From NCBI GenBank assembly GCA_951406725.2, contig OX597823.1, forward strand, positions 15,190,001-15,254,000: 64,000 nt of DNA, given 5' to 3'. Below the pieces are notes generated by a model, which had not been told where the DNA came from, did not search any database, and saw nothing but the letters and a program-made list of their open reading frames with translations. The stretch is from Octopus vulgaris (Eukaryota). Positions 53,623 through 64,000 of the stretch are shown here, in pieces; the first letter of the stretch is position 1; every line of letters begins with the position of its first letter. A program made the translations under genes and the position numbers.

Positions 53623-55141
53623 ATAACGTGACCGCCAAAGCTATCAGATGTTGTTATATATCGCTGGTCACAATGCGTTTTTTGCATTGTTTTAGCCTTC
53701 AAATGATGCCACCTTGCTGGCAAGGCGAGCAAGGCTAACAACCCTCTCCTCCCTCCGCTCGAAAGGGAACTAGACCGACGTGAAATGAAGTGTTTTGCTC
53801 AAGAACACAACGCGCCGCCCACCCAGGGATTGGAACCCAAGATCTATTGATCGTGAGTGCAACAGCCTGACCACTAGGCCATATATATATATACATATAT
53901 ATGTGTTTGTACATGCGTGTGTGTATGTCTATTGCATCAATAAAGAGTCTTTACGCAAATGCTAGATGTGCTAAAATTAGCACGCATTTCGCGCAAATCT
54001 CATCATACTATCTTAAAATGGTAAGAACTCAACGTAATTGTGAAAACTTATGTGCAATCAGTCGACTCTGCTAGAAATGGTAGCTCATTTTTACTTAGAT
54101 TTCATCTTCAAATCTCACCCTACCTCTTATACGGGGAAGGACACCCTACGTAATGTGAACCTAAATGGAATCAGTCGACCCAGCTAGAAATAGCAGTCCG
54201 TTTCTACTTAGTCTAAGCCTACCGTCTTAAAATAGTTCTTGATGATATATGTGCAAAATAGATAAGAAATGTTACGACTGAAACACCTTGTTTACATGTC
54301 TGCTGGAGAATGGTTACTCGACAACAAAAGCATGGCAAAATAAAAATCTGTTTCTATTTAAAGTCAGATTATATCGTATGTTGGCCAAACGTGCCTGATC
54401 GCTATTCTGGTTTTAATTAATATAATCTTTATGCAGAAAACGCTTGAGTGGCATTTGGTTTCGAAAGCCCTTTCGTGTGTGTGCGTATGTCTAGGTTGCT
54501 ATTTTTCAGCCCCAGGATTCATAAGATTGGTTTTCCGGTTTCCATGACGTATACCTGACCCAGACTACAGCAGTCCCCTAAACGAGACGCAGGTCCATTG
54601 CCGGGTTTAAGGTCAGTAATTTTTAAGGTAAGATACAAGTTAAGTACATTGACCTCAGCACTTGACTGGTACTTTGATTTATTGACTCCGAAACGATGAA
54701 AAGTAAAGTTGACCTCAGCGGGATTCGAACTTAGAACGTAAGAAGCTGAATACCGCTAAGCATTTTGACCAACGTGCTTACGACTGTGCTAGCTCGACGC
54801 CTTGAATTAATTCTTTTAAAGTTTTCCGTTGTCTGACGACACTATTTATTCACAGTTCCTCTCCGGAGCCAGACTTAGATAATTACATACACAACTCGAG
54901 GTCGCTAGAGTGCATTAATTAACTATGAATGTCGGGTAGAAGGGATACATTAAGTGTAATAGACGTAATCTTTGTAAATTATTTATTTTTCGGATGTATA
55001 GAGAACGAATTTATTGACAAGCAATATACATGCATACTCACACACACACACAGAGACACACAGACACGCATATCTATTATAAAATTAAGGCTAAATCACT
55101 TTGATGATTTTATCAAGGGGCCAGCGTACCTACAATATATT

Positions 55142-55211
<70 letters not shown>

Positions 55212-57747
55212 GTATATGCATACATATATATATAGAGAGAGAGAGAAAGAAACAGGTAAACAGAGACAGGGACAGTCAGACAGACAGACAGACAGAGACA
55301 AGCAGAGATACGTATGCATATAAGTATACGTATATGTGTACGTGGATTGATTGGCGGCTGTTTGCTTTCACAAACAGGAAAGAAAAGTTACTGATCTGTA
55401 GTTATTCAACCAGTTTATGAGAGAGAATGTGTTTCAGAAACACATTATCGTATCTTCTCTTTACACCTACATGAGAGAAGTTATTTCGTCTAATGCTAAT
55501 TCCACGAAAAGCACGGACGGCTGAATACGTAGGCGGTAATTTAATCAGTCGCATTGTCAGTGGTTTCTAGCTTGTCTTTGACACTTGAAAGGTGTCCTGC
55601 CAGATGGCTTTAGTTAACCTAATTCTAGGCGATAAACAGAAGAATGGGAAGAAGTTGTAGCACCAGTTTGTCAGCTTGCAATGTTCATCATCACAACTAA
55701 TGTATAAAGAAATTGAGAAATAAACAGAGTACGGTCTTTCAATTAGAGCTACCCCTAATGGAAATCAATCGATAATGAATAACGGTTAAAGAATGTCAAA
55801 GACCTCCTCTTCTAATCTATTTATGAATTCTATAAACTACAAGTCATAACTGAAAATTAATGCAATAAAGATATGTTCATGTAGATGCACATGGTCATGG
55901 TAGGTTCACTTTGACCTAATGGTTAAGAAGTCGACAGTGTAACCATGAGGCTGTGGGATCAATCCCACTATGCAGTATCTTCGACAGATGTTATATTATA
56001 TAATATATGTGTGTGTATGGGTGTGTGTGTTTTGTAATATACGGGGGTAGGCAAAAGTATGGATGCAGTTCCTTAATATGAGTGGAATGTTCTTGTGTCT
56101 CAAGCATTCACTTAAAGTCCCCAGAAATCAAAACAAAGTTTTCAATGAACGAGGGATCTCCCGCAGATCCCTTAATCGATTTATGAATCTCTCGGGTTTT
56201 AAAATATGAAATAGAGAAATGAAAAGAACATTCCGCTCATATTAAGCAGCTGTGTACCTGACGATAGTGAATAAGGTAGACATGATCAGACTAAAATGAG
56301 GCAGACTGCAACCATCGGGTAGAATGTACTGAAATTCACTGATTCTGTATACGATTACATTAATGGAGTGTTTGCAGAATACTCGGCCACATACGCATTA
56401 ATTCAGGAGCGGATAATTCAGTTAATTAAACAACTGAATCTTCGAATAATGGCGATCCAGCATTTTGTTATAATAGTGTGAAATATTTTCGAACAATAAC
56501 ATAAACATATAGATGGAAATTTTTCCTTTAGTGCTAATTCTGTTAGTTTTAGTTAATAATTGATCAGCTATTTCTTTCGATTAATGTACAAAGTGGAACG
56601 TGGCGGATGCACTTAAGAAGTAACTGTAATGGTAATCTATTAAGGAGTTAGTAATATACACTTGATCCGTTTTATTTTTAATTTCCTTTGGTCATTTGGT
56701 AGATCTTCGATTTAAATGCACCATGAATAAATATATACTTTTATAATTTGTAAAGCAATGTCTAAAAGAAAAGAATACTCACCATAGCTTCCTGAGAAAG
56801 AGCACACAGGGTACAGCAAAGATGTAGAAATATATCACCGATCAATGAACCCTGAAATGGTTAAAAAGAAAACAAATCAGTTGCCGTTTAGTTGTTTTGA
56901 AACAAATATATAAACTAGCATACATGGATGAAATACATACAATTAAAAGCATACAGCTATGTGATATATACGTGAGCTTGTGACAATAGAAATAGTATAG
57001 ATTAAACCACAAGAGAATAATCTTTACTTGTGTAATCACTTCGTATTCTCTGCGATACAACTCAGTCTTTGTTTCGTGTTTGCTTTTGGTTTCGTTTCGT
57101 TATTGCCGTCGTTTTCGTTTTTAATATAACCTATTCAAAATAACTAAGCAAATAGCAGTAGTTACAAAATCTTGCAGTAAACAATGATGCTTCGAAATCA
57201 CAGGCTAAGCTGTATGGTTTGAGAGGTTCACTCGCTTCCGGGCGCGATCCCTACGCGTAGCTTTGGGCAAGTTTCTTCTTCTATCACAGCATAGAGTAGA
57301 CCAATTCCTTCTTGAGGAAATTCGGTATAAAGAAATTGTATCGTGTTTACACATGCATACACATACACACACACATATACACACACACACATACATGCCT
57401 ATATTATATTATATTATATTATATTATATTATATTATATTATATTATATTATATTATATACATATATATGTAGGGATGAGAGTATGTGTGTTGGTGTTTA
57501 TAATAGTGTAATGCGAGAAACCGGTGCCTTTGAACAGAAACACCTTTCCATATTAATGTCCTACTGAGTTATCTTCCCTTACAACATTGTCAACTTTGTA
57601 TTGCATATGTTACAAAGTATTGGGATCAATGTAAAACAACTTGAAGGCGTACTCCAGTAAGGCCACAGTCAAATGAAAACCAGTTATAGAAACATATAAA
57701 ATATGGCTATTTCAAAACAGAAAGAGAGAGAGTGAGTGAGAGCGGGA

Positions 57748-58130
<383 letters not shown>

Positions 58131-59429
58131 CAATGTTACACATTTAACTATACTACACACTCGCTTTTACCGACAATTGTATACTTTCACCCTCATCTTC
58201 TCACCCATTCTTTCATTCGCCTTCTCTCTCTCTCTCCCTCTTTCGCCTTCTATCTTCCTCTCTCTCTCATTCTCTCTCTCTCAATTTCTTTTCTGTTTCA
58301 CTGTCTATCATTTTCTCACGTGCGCTCTCACTTCTCCTCTTCTCCATTCTCTTTAGTCTTTTTTCATCTCCCTCTTCTCTTTACTTTCGAAATTTTAGTT
58401 CTTTCTTTCCTAGTATCAAACGAACTTTTTCCATCATGCCTGCAATGTAAGCAGACGTCTTTAATTTGATATCGTCCAAATTTCTATCCTCCTTCAGTTA
58501 ATTTTTTATTCCTCTTTGATATAACGCATAACCCGAAACGATAGACCCTCTTCCAATTCTCCTCATTTGGTGTACTTATTCTCATTGTACACATTTGTTA
58601 ATTGTTGTTTTCTTACATTTTCTACGCTTTCACGAGCATGTTTTTTTTTATTTATCTAAGCTTGAGCATTCAGTCATGCAACCAATTGGCTTTCTACTTA
58701 TGAAATTAACTAACAAACGTTATCCTTAAAATATATACTTTTATCTACGATCCTAAATTATAGATATCTGTATAGACAAACAATTATTATACCATACTGT
58801 TATAATGGTAGTACACCATAAATGGTTAAATTTTATATATATTTCCTTATATACTCTTTACTCTAGTTAACATTAAGCACTTTAACTTTTGTTCAAATCA
58901 TCATCAATACCATAATCACAACTCCTTGGAATATATGTCCATTATATTCGCAAAGTTGTTAACCAACGGACAGTATATAGAAAATACTTATATTACCATT
59001 CTCTCCATGGCCAAAAGTAAAATGAGTACAATCTACAATTGTAAAGTGTGTGTTAACCTAAAGTATAATAACATCCAACAAAATATACTTACGAAACCTT
59101 CTAAATTAAAAATAGATCGGATGTTTTCTTTCCCCATGCCCTAGAAATCATATTATAATGACTAGCTCGCAATAAAACCCCAAATACCTATTCTATTTCT
59201 TTTACTACCCACAAGAGGCTAAACACAGAGGGGACAAACAAGGACAGACAGACGGATTAAGTCGATTATATCGACTCCAGTGCGTAACTGGTACTTATTT
59301 AATCGACCCCGAAAGGATGAAAGGCAAAGTCGACCTCGGCGGAATTTGAACTCAGAATATAGCAACAGACGAAATACCGCTAAGCATTTCGCCCGGCGCG
59401 CTAACGCTTCTGCCAGTTCATCATAAAAA

Positions 59430-60640
59430 CTATTCATTTGGGATTAATGTCTTAGACCTTTTTGAATCAGACGTATTTGAAAAGATAGCCAACGCTTAAT
59501 TTTGTAATAAAACTAACACTTTTCAAAACTAATTTAAATCTCTAAAAACACATTCATACTTCAGAAATAACTAAAACCTCTTAGAATTAGATATTGGCTT
59601 TCACAAATCTCTGTTAATAAATAATATTACCCAAAATTACAAAAAGACCCATTCACATTTACAGTATCATAAACATGAAGATAAAATAGAAACAAAACTG
59701 GAAGCAGACGATAAAATTGTAACACTAACCTGAAGAAAAGTGCTTATCATATTAAGAGATCATTATGAAAATTTTGCCTCTAGCTCCATAAATCCTGATA
59801 AATCAAACGTAGCAAAATCAAAGACAAACCTCCAGCAATGGAAACGTATTCACGCAGTATTTAACTCGTGTAATATTATCAGAGACAAGAATAGATACAG
59901 ATTCATCTCCGATACGCCCAAAAATTCTCTAGGAACTTCACATAATTGAAAAAGTAGAAACAGATATCATACTACACAGAAGGTCCTAAATTTTGATAAT
60001 AAATATATTTAGATTTTTAACCATCAAACCCGAAGATCGTAGTTCACGTTAGCGAGGCGAGGGTGTACACACAGCGCAGAAGTATGCTACCTTATCGACT
60101 TTAGAGGAGCTCACAAAAAATTGCAAAAACTTTAACTTATGCAGAGACGGTCGTCTAGCAATTTCTAAAGACGTGAACAAATGTACACCAGAGAGATTCA
60201 GGAAAGACGTTTAATAACTCTAGACTAAAAGTAACTATCACGGCCAAATCTGTATTATTCTTAGACGCCCACCTAAACTTAAAAACTAATCTTTATAAAC
60301 CTTATAGGGAGTCAAATGAAACGCTAACCAACATGCACAAAGTCTGATGCTACTATCCAGTGATAAATAATACAAGCAGAAGACTGTCCGGGTAAAAAAT
60401 TTAAAAAATAGATAATACAACTCCAAAAGCTAACGATTTCAAAGACAAAATCAAATACATAAAAATTATCTTTTTGCAACGAAACAAGAACAGAAGCTGG
60501 TGGTGCAAAATTGTATGGTTTATGTTCCGTTAAATAGATTTGGGTCGTAAATAAAAAGTCGCGGTGCTGACAAACAGCAATTATACAACTCCATAAAAAA
60601 TTATCAGTATGCCATGAATAGTTTAATTGTATCATAAATA
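59430..60640 (+). pseudogene. Decayed Penelope-like element RT ORF (stops, frameshifts, deletions)
   Basis: Fragments LDLFESDVFEKI..NTFQ, IILRDHYENF..INPDKSNVAKSK..QQWKR and FLDAHLNLKTNLYKPYRESNE resemble motifs I recall from PLE RTs (ITLKDHKENF..LINPAKSELG; FLDV.L.L....YKPYRKPN). Confidence 0.65.
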
Positions 60641-60736
60641 TATACATTATATACACTGATACCGAATGTTCTAATTTTTCTTCATATCTTTGAAACAATA
60701 TACACGTTTGTGTTATGTATACATAGGCCTATTTAG

Positions 60737-61876
<1,140 letters not shown>

Positions 61877-62156
61877 TATGTGTAAATTTTTTCAATAAAT
61901 TCGCCATTAGCTTCAACCATCGAAATCGCCTGCAACTCTTCGAGACGATTTCCTTATTTAAGTTGGTGAATGCTGACATAATTCAAGGGTAGTCCAAAAC
62001 ACAGATACATATACACATGCACACTAAAAACACATGTAAGCACATGGGGATACATATACTATGCACCGTTCCATATGCACACACGTTCAGTATGCATACA
62101 CACACAGATACACAGCGTTTCACACATATATACATATATATATGCACACAAATACG

Positions 62157-62240
<84 letters not shown>

Positions 62241-62339
62241 CAGATAGATAGACAGATAGACAGATAGACAGACAGACATACAGACAGACAGACAGACGGA
62301 CAGACGGACGGACGGACGGACGGACGGACGGATGGATGG

Positions 62340-62375
<36 letters not shown>

Positions 62376-62410
62376 ATGCATGCATGCATGCATGCATGCA
62401 TGCATGCATG
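62157..62410. repeat. Compound tetranucleotide microsatellite
   Basis: Blocks run AGAT, AGAC, GGAC, GGAT, GCAT in that order. Confidence 0.95.
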
Positions 62411-62816
62411 ACACAAACTCAGCTCCATAGCCGGAATTTCTTTCTAGCTCTGTTTTTATAATCTTGCAAAACTTGCCTCGCTAGTCTCCTGAAAATATCC
62501 TATTGAAACTATTTAAACAGAAAAGCTACCTAAAATCTTTAATGGAGCTGTAATAACAGTAATACATAAAAGCAAAGTAGGACGCAGATGGACTCTTAGA
62601 GATCTATGTCACATGGCATTTTTCAAACATTTTGGAAAGAATCATAAGCAGAAAACTAAGCTCTTTAGGCCAACTGAAACATTTTAACATCTAAGAAGCT
62701 TCGAACCGGATGAAGCAGCCTAGTACGACTTGTACAAGATAAAAATTGCTTCACAAGTCCGACCAGAGAGTTTGTTTGCAATCTGAAAAAGTTCACCATA
62801 ACAAGATCTCTAATTA

Positions 62817-64000
62817 CACTGGTCAACAGCCAATTTTCATCAGGGATATTATATGGTGTTTTTATGCAGTTTTATCCGCAGATTTTAAAAATGTAATTGA
62901 TTTCCTTCTATCAGGCACAGTTTTTCTGGTGAGATAAGAGAGCTATATAACTCCCAACAGCAATATCGCAGCACGTCAACGTCTTATACAGGTAAATTCT
63001 GACTTCTGTTTTATTACTATTTGTATTCATTTTGTAATTTTATGTTTTCATAATCTTTTCTTTTCATAAATTTTACTTTCTGTTTAAGGTGCCAAGTCGT
63101 CATCATCATCAAATTCTACTCAGGATGTCTAGGCATTGCAAGAACAGTCCTGATATATTTTGTCATGTCTGTGGTTCATTTACCACCAAAGCTCAGCAAG
63201 GTGCCATCACAAATGAAATCAAGAAGATCTGCCAGTTATACTTTGGTTGCTCTCTCGGGGATCAAGATAAGAGTTGGGCCCCGCACATCATCTGCTCAGC
63301 TTGTTCAAATGGACTAAGGGATTGGCTAAATAAGAGGAAGAGAGCAATGCTGTTTGCAATACCTATGATATGGAGAGAGCCAAAGGATCATTTCATGGAC
63401 TGTTATTTCTGCAACGTTAATGTACGTGGGTTTACTGTAAAGACCAAGCATAAGATTGTGTATCCCAACTTGGAATCAGCAAGAAGACTAGTACCACACA
63501 ACGATGATGATCTTCCTCTTCCAATACCACCAGAAAATGGCCTTCAGATATCTGACGAAGATGTATTTCCTGAACAAGATACTAATGCTATGGAAAACAC
63601 CGAAGTGGATGCAGATTTCACGATTGAAAATGAAGACGTACCACAGACATTTTCTCAAGGAGAGTTAAATGATTTAGTTAGAGACTTGTCATTGTCGAAG
63701 GATAAAGCTAAACTATTAGCATCTCGACTTCAAGAAAAGTGTATACTTAAGAAAGATGTTTGTATAACACATTTCAGGAAGAGAAATAGGGATCTGACTT
63801 CTTGCTTCTCTGTTGATGGACCACTTTGTTTCAGTAATAACACTGATGAGTTATTTCACTGTTTGTTCCAAGAGCATGTTCCAGCTGAATGGCGCTTATT
63901 CATTGATTCATCTAAGAGAAGCCTCAAGGCAGTACTACTACACAACGGCAATAAGAAACCATCCATTCCCATAGGACATTCAGTGCACATGAAGGAGTGT
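62817..64000 (+). mobile_element. Chapaev3-like (CMC superfamily) DNA transposon, left part
   Basis: Starts TTA|CACTGGTCAACAG. TATA-like at 62944, candidate 5'UTR intron 62992-63088, followed by a transposase ORF. Family assignment is from recalled motifs. Confidence 0.7.
63125..64000 (+). CDS. Transposase N-terminal 292 codons, open to the window edge
   Basis: MSRHCKNSPDIFCHVCG..YFGCSLGDQDKSWAPHIICSAC..PMIWREPKDHFMDCYFC..FSQGELNDLVRDLSLSK..WRLFIDSSKRSLKAVLLHNGN. No stop codon, so it is missing from the ORF track. Confidence 0.88.
   Translation, partial: MSRHCKNSPDIFCHVCGSFTTKAQQGAITNEIKKICQLYFGCSLGDQDKSWAPHIICSACSNGLRDWLNKRKRAMLFAIPMIWREPKDHFMDCYFCNVNVRGFTVKTKHKIVYPNLESARRLVPHNDDDLPLPIPPENGLQISDEDVFPEQDTNAMENTEVDADFTIENEDVPQTFSQGELNDLVRDLSLSKDKAKLLASRLQEKCILKKDVCITHFRKRNRDLTSCFSVDGPLCFSNNTDELFHCLFQEHVPAEWRLFIDSSKRSLKAVLLHNGNKKPSIPIGHSVHMKEC

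Overview
This is AT-rich, microsatellite-dense eukaryotic DNA. The SINE families and repeat style suggest a cephalopod, probably Octopus (inference, no search run). The only host gene I can support is a + strand adhesion GPCR. I rebuilt it by hand from 12 GT-AG exons with consistent phases (2028-33179, about 624 codons, 5' end unresolved). It encodes part of an HRM domain, a GAIN domain with GPS (HL|TSF), 7TM and a C-terminus ending EVKL. The rest is repeats: at least four SINE or SINE-like families, Tc1/mariner relics and MITEs, a Helitron, a decayed RTE LINE, a CR1-like 3' end, a decayed Penelope-like RT, and an uninterrupted Chapaev3-like transposase ORF running off the right edge. The most striking unexplained signal is a set of several unrelated non-coding elements that each carry a type-I hammerhead ribozyme fold. 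Most sit in (TA)n microsatellites and several have inverted ends. The clearest is a ~510-bp circularly permuted, head-to-head unit with two intact-looking hammerheads (45341-46532). Another has a tRNA-like head fused to a hammerhead (8763-9120). Together they look like a retrozyme or Penelope-dependent system. Most ORFs in the supplied track are microsatellite artefacts.
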